A program made the position numbers and the translations under genes. From the NCBI GenBank assembly GCA_965644265.1, contig OZ286472.1:53382001-53446000 (forward strand): 64,000 bases of DNA, given 5' to 3'. The stretch comes from Glycera tridactyla (lineage: Eukaryota). How positions within the stretch are numbered: the first letter of the stretch is position 1; each line of letters starts with the position of its first letter. The notes beneath the pieces were generated by a model that worked only from the letters and a program-made list of their open reading frames with translations, had not been told where the DNA came from and did not search any database. Positions 1 through 13,871 of the stretch are shown here, piece by piece.

Positions 1-649
1 ACAGAAATAGCATCACCTTCGACATATGTAAAGAGTACACTCTTCACAAATGATCACCACAACAAAATACTAGCCTTTGTGGTGAATTTTGAGTAGGATT
101 CTACAGGACAATTAGCTGTGAACACATTTGTCATCCTGTCTTTTGTGGTGAGATGAGGTTCTCAAAAATATGTGATAGCATGGTGGCACATATTTGACCT
201 CTTCCCCGGTGATGATGGTAAAATTGATAGAATAGATTTGCAATACCACCATCTTGGGATAATCCACAACAGTGATGTTATGGAATCTCCCAACACAATC
301 TGTTCATGCTTCTCCTGAGGGTCTTCTGCACTTGTTCAATAGGAAAGCAAAACTTACACCGATATAGTAATCTCCATTGGATTCCAATTGTCTAGGGTCT
401 TTTTGTAGTAAACAGACTAGTATTCAAAATGTTTTTTTCAGAATGACAGAGTTGTCCGGTCAAACTCGAAAATGACCCACTGGTTTGAAGTAATGTGGGT
501 CGATTTCCTCATCCCCCCTGTATTCAAGAAAGTTTCGAAGTTCTTTTCATCGAAGGCAAACAGCCCCCCCCCCCCCCCCCCCCCGCATCAAACTATAATT
601 CACCCGATGATTTGTAGCAATGTGGGTCATTTGTCTCATTTCTGTCTCT

Positions 650-2730
650 ACTCAAAAGAGTTTCCATGTACATCAATATGATGTAGCATGCATTGAGGAC
701 ATGATGCAACATTTCTCTTAGAGGTACATTTCTTCGGCATTCATCAACAAGACTTCCTAACATGCCAAACATGATGCATATCAAAGGATCTCCTCGGCGT
801 ACTCACAGAAAATGTTAATATTCCACCTGTGGGACACACATATGTCACATCTGATACAATACTCCATTACTGCATGCAATGAGTAATCACTACACATAGG
901 ACATGGACCATTTTCAGGGGAATAAATTTCTCATGATCATTCCACATTTCATGCAACAGAGGGTGGAAAATATGAGACAAATCTCAGAATTGCATATCCA
1001 GACAGAATAAAATATAAAAAGTTGATGAATACATTCACATCACCACCTGGGTGAACATTCTTCAGTGCTCAGTTTATATTTAGGGTTGTGAACTGGGAAT
1101 GGAAGAGGATGCAATATGGTAGCCAAAAAAAGTCATTTCTACTCAGTTAAGAATATTGTTGGGTGCACATATTCAAACAAGCCATATCAAATGCAACTCC
1201 ATCGTCGAGGAATTATATTTCATCAAATTGATAAAAGGTATGTCACCATCAGACTTCCCCCAATATCTGGCATTACAAGCCAACTGGGCTGATATCACAA
1301 TGTGTTGATCACATTTATTTCATCTGTCCAGCTTCAGAGTGCCGAAAATCTAGTGAACATGATCATCTTTTCGTCTTGAAATACCACTGTGAGTCAAAGG
1401 AGCAAGGCAAAAAAATACCACCAATGACCACACAATTAGTTAGTGATGAGAATGAAAAATATTGTTTGATTTTTAGCGGCCGGTGTCAGAATCAGCCTGC
1501 GCGTCACATAACAAAATGGTCACTGAAGAAAGTGGAGTCATCCTAGTTCCGATCAGGTTGTATAGGAAGATTACCGCAGTGATTCATAGAAATGAACGCA
1601 GGATCTGCGATGAATTATTGATTAATCAATGGCGAGGCTTGAACTCTTTTTTGCTGTCAGGTGGTGACAGTCATCCTGGTCGCATAAGAAAACCAGCCCA
1701 CTGAATGATATATCAGCTAAGCTATGTGCTCCTCCTAAATCACAAATGCATATGGTTCCCCATATCATGTGAATGAACTTACTTCACCAATGCCAACAAA
1801 TAAGGTTACAAAGGAACTACATGTATTATAAGTCAGAGCCCCGCATTTAAAGTACGGTACTACATACACATCAGGTGACCCCCATTTGACCTGTGGATAA
1901 ATCTCATGATCCTCCATAGCTAGAAACATGCACACCCTGGCTTTGTCCAATACCATATGACAAAATATCTCAAATTTGACAAGTACTTCCAAAAGAATTA
2001 AAAGTTCAGTTCAAGATTCTAGATATATTTGGGATCATTCAGAAAAAAGGCATCATCAATGTACTACCACAATTAGCAAGGTGAGCTTAACTGTTTGTTT
2101 TGTTCGTTGTTTGTTTACATTCCATCATTCCATCATTCAATGCATTCATTACCCACCAAACTATTCCTTCAAATCACACAGTCCTCATCATAAGCGCAGC
2201 GCAATGCCTAAAAAATCGCAGCATTTCAAGTATCTCTGCCAATTACAGTGATCATTATTGACAGGTTTTCCAATGACATCTAGAAGCAACTGTGCCAGTT
2301 TCCATGCTGTTGCTAAAAATCAATGACAACCAAGAGTAACTATGCCGAACTCTAGCTTCTAAGTCCAAGTGCTTATGATACATTCGCTTCGTGACTTGTG
2401 CAGAAATGACAATAAGACTACATCTAAATATGTTGTACCAGCAATAAGCATAGATGCTAACCTCTGATGGACAAATTTTAGAGTATCTGCCCGTATTTGC
2501 AGAGGAATAATAAGAGTGGCATCTTCTGTATGATGCAAGAATATTGGCCCGAAAACAGCTGCTACTCCCAAAGTGTAGCAGTCGGCATCTCTGAATAAGG
2601 CAGAGTATTCATAATAGCCAGCAACAGTTAGAATAAGCAGCCACCCTTGATAAGGGCAAAAAACAGTGGCTGCAATGAGCAGGTTGATTATAATGAAAAC
2701 CTCCCGCTGGTAGTGCAAATGTGGCAAGTT
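650..2730 (-). pseudogene. Highly decayed piggyBac-like transposase fossil
   Basis: Broken-frame motifs occur in piggyBac order: HMVLDKARV (~1959-1935, cf. SxDESM), PQVKWG (~1896-1881, cf. KPxKWG), VVFQDEKMIMFT (~1385-1350, cf. WxDxKxV), KYNSSTM (~1220-1200, cf. YNxxMGGVD) and Cys-rich SCPQCMLHH (~705-680). Many stops and frameshifts; no TTAA ends found. Confidence 0.4.
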
Positions 2731-4436
2731 AAAGCAGATTTGACTGCATTAGGAGTGCCTGCCCCTTTTGACTGCTTTGGCTGCAGCAATCTTTGATACC
2801 TTACACTGATACATGTGGAAAAAAAAAACAATGATGGAGTGAAACCTGCATGATGAAATTCTACCCTTGATTAAAAAAATAGGGTTTTCAGGATACTTTA
2901 GTTAAAAACCTGATTTCTGCTCAGAGCTGTTTGAATCACTACATACAGGTTCTAGCATATAACAAGTGATAATATGAGACTTCTGACACTGATATCAGCA
3001 GTAAACTGGATGCATATGTTCTGCTCGAGACAATATTGATTACAATATTCATGATTTACTCAATATGACACTCTAAAGCACACCAGAGGGGTGTAAAAAT
3101 CGATCACAAGGGAGCTTGCTTGTTGTATCTAGGTGCAAATGGCACTTGTGACTTCGAAAGGTCTGGGCTCCATCCTGACAGTATTCAATGAAGGAGTTTG
3201 TGATTTTTTCATTCACACTGATAACAAAAGACCCAGAAATACTGTTTCTCATCGTGAGCAGAAATCAGACGGGGGGGGGGGGGGGGGGGGGGGAAGAGAG
3301 AGACTTCCATTAAACATTTGAAAAAACCAGGTAATCCCTCTACAGGATGGAGTATCTCATAACAGATTTCATTAAATCATCAACACATCATGGGAATGAA
3401 CTGTCAAAAAATACACACAAAAGTAAATCTGCATCTGACATTGTGCATAACAACATGAAAATATAATGTCTAGGCAAGTACAAGAAATCAAATAACACAA
3501 CTTACCTCTCCGATTCCTCGGTGCAACGTTTAAGTACTCACACATAAAGAACAAATTTCATCCATCCAATACCATGATAGCACCAAATGACTTGATGACC
3601 AAGATGCATTTAAATTAAATTTCTTTTCAGAAGATCAGTTTTGGTACAATTCACTTGGAAACACTAAGACAAAACTAGCATGCAACGACAACACCAGCCA
3701 CCAAGAAAAACAAATCTAGCACACAATGACAAAAAATCCATACAGTCAAGCAACTGAGAAGCAATAAGACTAGCTGAAACCAATTAAACATCATGGAAAA
3801 AGACTAGATGAAACACAGCAAATTCTGTACTAGGCAGCGTTTGACGATATGATACATGTCTATAATGACATATACCAGGTAATTCAATCTCATTCATGGA
3901 TCTATTAAAAATCTGAATAGAAATCTAACCTTCCTGTACACCCATCTTTTTGAGTGCTTTTTAAAAAGATGAACATGCATTTTTTCTCAAATATATACCA
4001 TCAAGATCCAAAGAAATGGATACAACATGTGATGTGATCTTGACAAATAAAATCAAGCTAAAGTCAATTGCAATGTCAAGAAAAAAAATGTCTACATATT
4101 AGAAAATGGACAAATTGTACTGACAAGCATGCAATAAACGTACCACCACAACTGAGTGAAAAACATCAAGATATGAACACTACCAGGACTCAAAACAACA
4201 TATCTACAAAACAAGTGCCTAAAATGGACTCCAATCAAGCTGATCAGACAAGAAGGTCAACTTACCGAAAAATAAACCACATTCTGCAAGATGCTGAAAA
4301 TCTCAAGACAGGCTCATGTGAACTCGAGCAAACAGTGAAGATTATTAGTCAGATGCAGTCATATCAAAGATGAGGGACAACATATTGAACATATTGAAGT
4401 GGCATGAGACTGGACTGTACTGTTTTTCCCCCTTAA

Positions 4437-4712
4437 AGCCGCGAACACACCTGTCCGTTTTTTGACATCCGACTTCGGACAGCCATCAGAAAAATCGCTC
4501 TTGTATGTTTGAACCAGACACACCTGTCCGAATCCGAATCTGCATCGGAATCATTCAAACTGGGAGTGACTTTGACGGACTTCGGACGCGGATAAACAGG
4601 CACTTCTGGATGAGACAAGGGTGTCGGTGCGATTCTGACTCGCTGAAAAACTGATGTGTTCACTTTAGTCAGAATTCTGACGTCGAAAAAACGGACAGGT
4701 GTGTTCGCGGCT
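4437..4712. mobile_element. PIF/Harbinger-type MITE
   Basis: ~30-bp terminal inverted repeat (TIR) AGCCGCGAACACACCTGTCCGTTTTTT at both ends, with TAA direct repeats on both flanks. A degenerate sister copy lies at ~4755-5003. Confidence 0.85.
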
Positions 4713-5129
4713 TAATAATTTGGATCAGGATTCAAATAGCCCTCCCAATTCTGATGAAAGCAAACACCACTTGTCAGTTTCAAGCAGTTTCTCCCTATTG
4801 AAAACCACATCCAACACACTTGCTTGAATCAGTAGTGACTGCAGATTGGTGCCAAAATCCATCAAAATTGCTCAGTTTGTATGATATGCAAGCAGATTCA
4901 GATTTGGACAGGTTCAAACCTACAAGAGCTTTTTTTCCTGATGGCCGTCAGAATTTTGATCCAAATTCTGATGGCAAAAAATGATAGGTGTGTTTGTGGC
5001 TTGATACTTCCTCTCTTATCATCTCACCGCCACCGGGCAAGACAATTCCTGTACATCATATCATAGTCCCTGCAGGCATCACTCACAAGATTGTTTAGTT
5101 CACAGATACTCAAGGTATCATCTCTTGTA

Positions 5130-5288
5130 CAGTGGAACCTGTGATGAGACTCCCTGATGAAAGACCACCTCCAATGAGAGATCGCTTCATCATAACCACT
5201 TTTCTCTCCGACAGAGTCAAATATACCACTTCTGACAAGACACCACATTTTGCTGAAGATAACGAGTCGCTCATCACAGGTTTCACTG
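5130..5288. mobile_element. pogo/Tigger-type MITE
   Basis: TA|CAGTGGAACCTGTGATGAG ... CTCATCACAGGTTTCACTG|TG. Confidence 0.75.
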
Positions 5289-5589
5289 TGTCACGGATGT
5301 TCACCACTGCACTGCTAACCCTGTGAAAATGGAATTGATACCAATGGCTTCCACTAGGTCAGTCATTTTTGGATATGATGCTCTGGCCGGGTGATTCGCA
5401 GCATTAGAGCAAGAATAATATTGCCTGTAGCAATTTAGGCAGATCCAACGATGTCACTGACTGGAGGCTGACTCTCAAGCCTGTGAGCAGTGATTTCATT
5501 TCAAGCAGAGCAGATGCTCTATGCATCTCCTTGGTTTGGGTAACCTGCAGTTCAATGGTATGTACCAACCGAGAAGATTATGTACGATG

Positions 5590-5795
5590 CAGGTTGCATC
5601 CAGGGTTTCTCAAATTGGGTCATTTGCCCCCTCGATTTCAAGGAAAGGGGGCATTTCTTCACAAAATTTCCTGAAATGGATTCAATTATCAGGAAATGCA
5701 ACCTCTGTGTTGACATAGGGCACTGTGGCCCCTGATTGCCTTGAAAAGGGCCCTCGTAAAAAAAATGTGAAATGCCCCCTATGGATGCAACCATG
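5590..5795. mobile_element. CAGGGTTGCATCCAG-family MITE (degenerate copy)
   Basis: CAGGTTGCATCCAG ... GGATGCAACCATG; body shared with copies at 7527, 8349, 16743, 20207 and 30358. TSD not resolved. Confidence 0.7.
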
Positions 5796-6199
5796 TATGC
5801 TGTGTATTTCTAGATGTGCTGTCCCCTGCAGGCGTCAATTTCAAAACCCCGAACACAGAATGATGGGAACCATAAAGGTTGACAAATGCACTAGTTCTGA
5901 AGAATACATGAAGCCAGTGTGTTTATTGACAAGCTGTCAACTTCAGAAGGTAGTATCAACATCATACCATATGTATGAAGAGTTTATCAGATAGATTAGG
6001 GACTTGACCACATATTTAAACACAAGAATTATGTTTGGTGCAGCGTATCTGACACAGTGAAATATATTCTATTCATAGAATACAAAAGTGAAACATTTTA
6101 GTAAGTTAACCATCTTTTTCAAGTAGAACATATATCCTACCAAGCAAGATCCAGTGAAAGATTGCAGGCGAATATTACTGGATGGCATTGTGGTGTTGG

Positions 6200-6365
6200 T
6201 TAGTTGGTTGGTTGGTTGGTTGGTTGGTTGGTTGGTTGGTTGCTTGCTTGCTTGGTATGTCTCAACCCAAATAATCATGTACACTGTAGGTTCGTGATCA
6301 ACGAAAGCTGGATGTTCTGTCCCCTGCAGCATCACTCTCACAAACAATGACAGAGAACCAGAGAT
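6200..6365 (-). mobile_element. SINE-like repeat with (AACC/AAAC)n tail
   Basis: (GTTG)n tract followed by GAAAGCTGGATGTTCT..CCCTGCAG..ATCACTCTCACAAAC, shared with 18319-18480 and partly with 5805-5900. Confidence 0.35.
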
Positions 6366-6699
6366 TGTCAAGTGGAAGTAAACTTACATCCACACAATTG
6401 TGAATCTGAATACATCCATCACCAGGTAAGTGACAATATGGCATAGTATCAGAGCAACAACAAACTCCTCACTTGATTCGACACAGATCATTTATTCACC
6501 TCTAAGAGTTTCTGGGACATTTACATATCAAGCAACAATATATATCCTTTTCTCTGGGTCATTCTCACCTCCATTGTACAGATATCAAATTAGATATCAT
6601 TACAATATTACATGTACATGAAATCAAATTATCAAAAGTAAGATTCTGAATTCTCACATTCCTTCGAAAGTGCTCATAATCTACATCATACAGACAATA

Positions 6700-7190
6700 T
6701 GGAGTTTGAAAACCCTCTTTCGAGATTCATTATCACACGGAATACATTCAGATTTCGAATACTCACACATAGACAAGATCAAATGATAACTTATACATTC
6801 ACCGTCCTTGAAAAGATTCATTTCAATTTTTTCACGTGATATCATCACCATAAAGAAAATTGGAAATACAAAGCAGTGATGCCAATGAGATGCAATAAAA
6901 TTTTCAGAAATATTGATTTTTCTAAACAATACCCCATATGCCATATATCCGCTAAAGTATACCGGTATGTCTTGAAAATATTCAGCCAGATTGCATTGAC
7001 TTCTCAATCTGGAATCTCCATCCGATTTTTTGATCTCCAAAGAGTTTTGGAAGCTTGGCATCACTAGCAAAGAGTAAACATTTATTTTCCGACCAGTTGA
7101 CATGAAATGTATCAGCGAATGATTTTTGTGTGATACTCTTGGCATACATGTTTGCACAAAATAATCTTCCAGTAGAAAGGTGCATCGCTT
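6700..7190 (-). pseudogene. Decayed L1/Tx1-type LINE ORF2 C-terminal fragment
   Basis: Broken frames read CQEYHTKIIRxYI ... TLCxxCQASKTL ... EVNAIWLNIF ... ISYHLILSMCEYSKSECI, resembling the Tx1 C-terminal zinc-knuckle region. Confidence 0.45.
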
Positions 7191-7526
7191 TAATCATTTA
7201 TAACATATTTCAAATTTGATCATGGCATAAAGTGTAGAATGAATGTTGGATTAATACACAAATTGTACATCTAGATTAGTAAGAGATGAGCCCTCCCTGG
7301 TGTAACAATAGTAACTTACATTACTTAAATACAGAAAAATCCAGCATGGCAACTTGTGGGAACCACAGTCAATTCCACTGTTCTAATGACCCTTGATTTT
7401 TCACTGCGAAACCTGTGACTAGAAAGAACCTATATAATGGACAAGGTGATGATCATTCAATATCATTGTAGGTGCGGTACTTGCACTGATCCTATCTGGA
7501 ATGTTGAATTTGAGCTTTGAAAAGTG

Positions 7527-7746
7527 CAGGGTTGCAGGATTTCTCATAATTGGGGCATTTGCACCCTAAAATTTCAGAAAAGGGGGTATGTTCTGACAAA
7601 TTCTTTCAAATTTGGTTCACTCAATAATGAGTAAGAGCAACTTTCAAACTTATTCAGGGGGCAATGTGGCCCCTGAATGTCCCCAAAAGGAGCCCACACT
7701 CAACAGAATGTGTGAAATGCCCACATGCCCCTTCTGGGTAACCCTG
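7527..7746. mobile_element. CAGGGTTGC-family MITE, 6-bp TSD
   Basis: AAAGTG|CAGGGTTGC ... GTAACCCTG|CAAGTG (5/6 TSD match). Confidence 0.7.
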
Positions 7747-8348
7747 CAAGTGCCAGCAGTCCTGAGATGTGGGGATACAAAGGACTTGATACTGGTAGCC
7801 ACACAACTATCAATCATGACATCACCTGTCATATCACATACATCATCTGCCCATGAATGAAGCTCCTCAAAGTTGAAATCTAGGCAATACAAATGCTGTC
7901 TCTCCTCAAACTTTCCAGGCTACACAAGAAATCCATGTTTCTGAAGAGCTCTCTCACAAGAAGTGAGTGAAAGAAATGACTTATGAAGCAAGTGGAATTG
8001 ACTGTTGGTTCTCTGTTCTGTAAGCAATAAGTGAATATTCATGAATAACTTGTCACAGACCTGCTATCTATAATGACCATACATCAACTCCCTTGACTTT
8101 GCACAGGTTTGTAACCAGAATGTTCTATCTTCCCCTCTAACGGTCAAGAAGAACCCCGTATTTTAATACTTTTTTTAATTTGTACACGATAAAAGCAGAA
8201 TAAAGAGATTCATACAATCAATCGCTGCTGATCTGTTTAGTCATCAGATGAAAATCCTTCTCAGTTCATACAAACATCCATCTACCCACACCATATTTTT
8301 CATCAGGCAAACCCCAACAGAGGTTTATTTTCCAACATTTTGACACTG

Positions 8349-8594
8349 CATGGTTGCACCTTGGATTCGGGCATTTGCTCCCTCAGATTCGAAAAAAGGG
8401 TCATTTCTTCACATGATTTTCAAAATGGCCCTCTTGTTTTTTTGTTTGTTTTTTTTTTGCTTGTTTTTCTTTTTTTTTTTGGGGGGGGGGAGCATTGTTA
8501 TGAAAGTTTGCTATGAAAGGGTGCCGACAGTTGTTTTAATGTGTGAAAATCCCCCCCCCCCCCCCCCCCCCCCCCTTATCTGAATGCAACCCTG
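8349..8594. mobile_element. CAGGGTTGC-family MITE
   Basis: CATGGTTGCACC ... GAATGCAACCCTG; flanks ACACTG/ACATTA (4/6 match); family body present. Confidence 0.6.
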
Positions 8595-11195
8595 ACATTA
8601 TGCTCCCGGTCATTCGCCCAGTCACAATGCATCAAGAAAAAGATGCTGGATAATGCTGGATGCAGGTCACTATATGAATAGCAGGTCAGCTAATTCAAGT
8701 ATCCTCGAACAAAAATGATGGACTAGCAACATAGCATAAGCAGTTCTTGGTAATAATTTATACCATACATACATAGATACAAACATACAAGTACTCAAGT
8801 CTGTCAACTCAAAACCTGATGGCTACCTTTTCTATTCATCTCTGCGACTAGGTATCCTCTACAGATTAGCGTTTTACCTATAACTAATTAATAAAGACAA
8901 ATGGTGAGGAAAAATTTCATTTGCTTAAATGTTTTCTGCTGAAATAATGTTCATTTCTGAGGGCACAAAGGCGCCTGTGATGGTTTATTGTCGGTGGACA
9001 TTCACCAAATATCATTTGATTTGGTGACAAAATGCATTAGAAATTGATATGGTATTAGAATGTCATCACTTTTTCATTTGGGTGAACTGTTTCGATGAGC
9101 TGCTTTCTGATTTTGAGACAGTGCTTTCTCGATTGGTAAAATTGTGTCCATTTTGCGGAAATTATTTGATAAAAGGTTTTCCATCCTAGAGGGATCCCAG
9201 GTAGGTGATTGAGATGCAGCTCATCAAATATTCAACCATAGTACACCAAACTCGTAGGTTCTATTAAATTTTCAGCAATTTCTCTGTTTTTTCAATCAAA
9301 AATATCAGCCGATAATATTGGTAGGTTTGTCATATAAATGTGAAAAAATCAAGAAGAATTCTTGTCATAAGCACACACTGCCTGAAATCACGTTTGATTG
9401 TTGGACATTCTGTAAAGGTTAATCGTGCCATCAAGTCTCAAATCGGATAGGATTTTGCGACATGAGCATGTGACAGGTACCCTCATATTTTGATTTGACA
9501 TACTCCAGAGATATACTTGCAAAACCCTCAGTATCATAATAACGAAACAAATACCAATACAGCACAATCAGATCTATGCCCTAAAATACATATTCATAAA
9601 GAAAGCCCCTCACATGAATCATCCAGTAAGAATTGACAATACTGCGTTAGAATGGGACCCATACTTGACAACATATGTGGAATGCGCCCATGCCCCTGTC
9701 AACCCTGATAAGAAGAGATAGAGAAGTAAAAGTACAAGATGTGTTTGCTCTTCAAATCAAACGTGAAGAGCTCTGGAGATTCAAAGGATATCAAGGCACC
9801 TGATTTTTCATGCTCGATGCCACCCTGCAGAGCAGTAAAACAGGTCTTATTACTAATGTCCTGATTTAATGGAAATTGTAAGAAGTCATTCAGTCTAATA
9901 TGAAAAAATTGAATCCAGCTGTAAAATCTAGGTGGCCATCATTCAAATTGGCTGAGTACAGGTAAAGTCTGGATGAACATCGCACACCTTGACCACCTGG
10001 TTTGATAAGAAAGATCACAAAGTGTACCCCCATATATTGGGTATACTGACATAACCTAAAGACAATATACTCATTCACAAGTATGCATTCATCACCAACA
10101 AGGTGATACCTGGAGAAAGGTCGACATCGGCCATTTCTGTGACCCAATGTATGCAAGAATTCAGATGAATACATGTTAGGAGAGCTATATCAATAATAAG
10201 CCTAAGGCATATCAACAGAACAATATACATATATAGCCATAACCTGCAGCACAAAACACAATATTTGTTCATAAATCTGAATCATGAACCTGCCATGAAG
10301 CATTCCTGATACTATTTGCCATGGATGTGCTATAATGCAAAATGTATTTAACCCTTCAGCCCTGGTATTTGATCACTACCAATCCCTTCCAGCCTTCCCA
10401 TAAAATTCCTGTAAATAGATATTCGTTGGGTAATTTTTAGATTTTGTTCCGAGCCAACTTCTTGAATTAGAAAGTAAATTTCAACATCGGACTATTCTTC
10501 TTGTTATTACGCAATGATGGAATCTGTTTTAATCCATCCCCAATTATATTGCACCATAAACGGAGTTATGGTGTACACATCTTAATGCCAGATTTTGTAG
10601 GCCATGTGTTCCTTATCTATCAAACCTGGAGGAACCACTATCACAAACCCCACACACAAGATGATGGGAAACTAGGAAGGTTGCAAACTTGATGTAGCTG
10701 ACAGTTCACATTTGAAAGCAGGAAAATTTCTCATAATATCTCTGCCAGTACCATCTGGAATGTCTTTCTCACACACTAACAGCTGACATGACATACAAAT
10801 AAATACAATATATCTTAAATAACTATACTACAAGACATGTAAGGATTCAAATTGGCACTCTCTGTTTGACAAGTGTTGACCAATAATGATCTCCAGTGAA
10901 TCTATAAAGTACTGTTGGACACAATGAATGTTGAGTACTAACTGAGCTTAGCTGAGAATGCATCTAGCAGATGTTTTCCATACAACTCAAAAGTACCGAA
11001 TTCCTGCAATTTCACCGTAAGTTGGGGGAACCAAATCAAAAAATTCATCGAAGTCATTCAATGAGTGAAATTGCAAATTGTACATATTCACCTGAATTTC
11101 AATTTTAGGAGGTATACCTGATGAAGTATCAATCATTACACAACTTTGAAGCAGCATTGGCAAATATAATATTTAGATGTGTTTGAGCGTTAATA

Positions 11196-11373
11196 CAGTC
11201 AAACCTGCTCTAAAGACCACCTCTCTATAGAGACCACCTCTCTATAAAGACCACCCTGAGCTGTGACTGTGGTGGTATTTTCAATAGTAAATGACCTCCC
11301 TATGAATATCACCTGCCTATAAAGACCACTTTTTGAAGCGACCGAAGGTGGTCTTCATAGACAGGTTCGACTG
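11196..11373. mobile_element. pogo/Tigger-type MITE
   Basis: TA|CAGTCAAACCTG..AAGACCAC ... GTGGTCTTCATAGACAGGTTCGACTG, with internal AGACCACC repeats. Confidence 0.8.
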
Positions 11374-12544
11374 TCTCATTCCCTTCGATTCACAGTCACA
11401 ACACCCACCCATGCACGCAGCACTGCTCTCATTCCCCATGCCTTTACCATCTACATACATGAATAACATTCTCAAGGGTCCATACAGAAACTCTTCCAAG
11501 ATATGAAACTGAGCTTTCTATGAGCGCTTTGTTGGGACATTTCAAGAATTTGACAGGAAAAAATCAGCCAATCAGTTGGCCTGAAAATCCATGTAGGATC
11601 AGGACCAAAATATCAACCTATGAAATATGTCCAGGAATGACTTTTTAAGACAACCAGGAACAATCCAATGCAAATGCTGCATCCATCTCAGCAGTTCTCC
11701 AAAACTTCAAAGTGTATCATTTGATCAATGGTGAAGATATGAGCTTTGGCGACTGATCAAAGTGTTCTGCCACAAAGGTGCTTCATTTGGTTGGCTAGAT
11801 ACAATCATTTGAGAAGTGTTGATATAACTCCAGTCAGAAAGATGGCAGTCAGTGCAAGGAATCACATAATTCAATTTGTTTGCATGTTCAAGTTAATCAT
11901 ATCTCAAAATGTTCTAGTTTCATTCAAGATATCAACTGTCACCACTGTTTGACTTGAGACAAATCTATTCTTAGACGACTGCACATCTACTCACTGCATT
12001 CATCAACATCCGATTCATGAACATATTTTAAAGATATTCTGGGCATATAATTCACCAGCCTGAATTAGCCAAAGAATAGGATAAGTCAGTTATATTATTC
12101 AACAGAATGAAGCAGTGATTCCTGATGGAATGTGGGCTTCATTTGACTTATTTCACTTCCAATGTTCAAATGTCAATATACCTGAGTGTCGTTTGGGACA
12201 AAATCTGCAAATGTGACAACAGAACCTCAACTCAACTATGTATGAACCCTTGATAATGATACAAAATTACACAACAACAGCAGAATTGATTGGATTTCCA
12301 GATTATACAAACATCAAACATTTTTGTTTCACAGAGGATAGATCACGAGTTGAATCCTATGGAGATTTGGGAGGATGTCCTGGTGGTGCCGGTGCAGGAT
12401 TACAGAGACCCAGTAGGAGGAAGAGGAGTGCAGGTATCATGAAGGTTAACAAGCAGTGTCAATATACATGTAATTGATTACCAACAGACTCGTGTAGATC
12501 ATACAGAGAAGAGAAGTCACTAATAGCATATGTATCTCCACAGC

Positions 12545-12800
12545 ACGGTTGGTTAGTTGCTACCTGTGGGTAGCCAATGGCTACCAAATTAACCCTCTGG
12601 CTACCAAATTTACCCTCTGGCTACCAAATTTACCCTCTGGCTACCATATTTTAAAAGTTAGGAGCCAGCCGCCCCAAAATTTTGAGAGGTTGTAATTGGC
12701 ATTGTATTTTGGCTGGCTACCAAAATTTTGCACTGGCTGCCAAAAATTTCAACTAAGGAGCCAGTTGGCTCCTAAATATTTTGGCCGATGTAGAGCCTTG
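12545..12800. mobile_element. GGCTACCAAA-repeat hAT-like MITE
   Basis: Same body and right end (GTAGAGCCTTG) as 27352-27566; internal 20-bp tandem repeats GCTACCAAATTTACCCTCTG. Left end uncertain. Confidence 0.6.
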
Positions 12801-13826
12801 TGGGCATCAATTTGGCATTATTGAGATGCTCAAGGACGATCTGATGCTTGACAGTATTGCATAGTTGCTACAACATTATTTTCTCTCACAAATATAGTTC
12901 TAGCAGCTAGTTCACTTTTAGCCAAGTCATTCAAGTATGAGCCAAAATCATTGTGGGATTGCTTCGAATTTGGCATCACTTTAATTTCAAACTTGTGGTC
13001 CATACATGAGAAATGTGTTTTCCAGCCTAAAAATCATATATGATACACAAATTTCTCGTGAGTAAATGAGCTGTACATGAGGAAATAATCATCTCGGTAT
13101 TCGCTCCTAGCAGATTTTCTTTGAACAGTTTTGCCAAAAACAGATTTTTTTCAGCCAGATGCGGGAAGCTTTAGCCCCTGGCTAATTATTGGCTGATGGC
13201 CAGAGAGCATAAATGACTCCAGCCTCATGGTAAGTTCTCATCATATCACATCTGATAGATGCTTGATGTTGCTATGATATCAGGTGAGAATGCCAGTTCC
13301 TCATTGCAAAAGCGCTCTAATAACACAGGTATTATTTCCAGTCAAACCATAGATCCAGTAAGTGAACTGTCATGTATATATGCTATGAATGAAATCTAGT
13401 TTGCCATGCTCCACTTTGCACTTATCTAACAGGTCTCCAGATAGGGGACAGAGTGAGACTTTTTGGAAGGGAATGTTATGCTTTCTGTGATTATGAAGCA
13501 GACTATAGTGAGCACAGAGTGCAACAAGGCAAACTTAAATTTGACAGTACAACCATGATTGTGCAGAGAACAAGACTCTTGACAGGTGTTGGTTAGGTAA
13601 ATGTATCGAGAAGAGGAAAACCATTGAAGACAGTAGCGAAGGAGGAACGGCCTTACAGTGACCTAGTAGAATGCAGCAGGGTTTCCAGATGGCTTGCCAT
13701 CGGGGATGAGGGGCCAGTTGCTATGGCAACTGGCATCTGGAGGAAGCGGGTGATGCTATTGGTGGTGGTAGTGGTGATGGTAGTAGTGGCCCCTCCCCTG
13801 GGAACAGTCGGCAAGCGTGGAAGTAT

Positions 13827-13871
13827 TCAACCGAGCCCATGGTCCTCAAAGAAACCCTGAGGTGTCTCCTC
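13827..13871 (-). CDS. AP1S2: AP-1 complex sigma subunit, distal terminal exon (EETPQGFFEDHGLG*)
   Basis: Acceptor ttgttacccaaacag; phase 0, matching the phase-0 donor at 25679; 14 codons + TGA; acidic tail ending in GLx like other sigma-1 proteins. Confidence 0.88.
   Translation of the reverse strand, partial: EETPQGFFEDHGLG

Noticed and set aside
12361-12440. Minus-strand 27-aa signal-peptide-like ORF and plus-strand RRKRS furin-like site
   Set aside because: Too short and expected by chance in a purine-skewed stretch.
13155-13229. Plus-strand segment with good acceptor and donor
   Set aside because: Stops in all three frames and no supporting partner exons.
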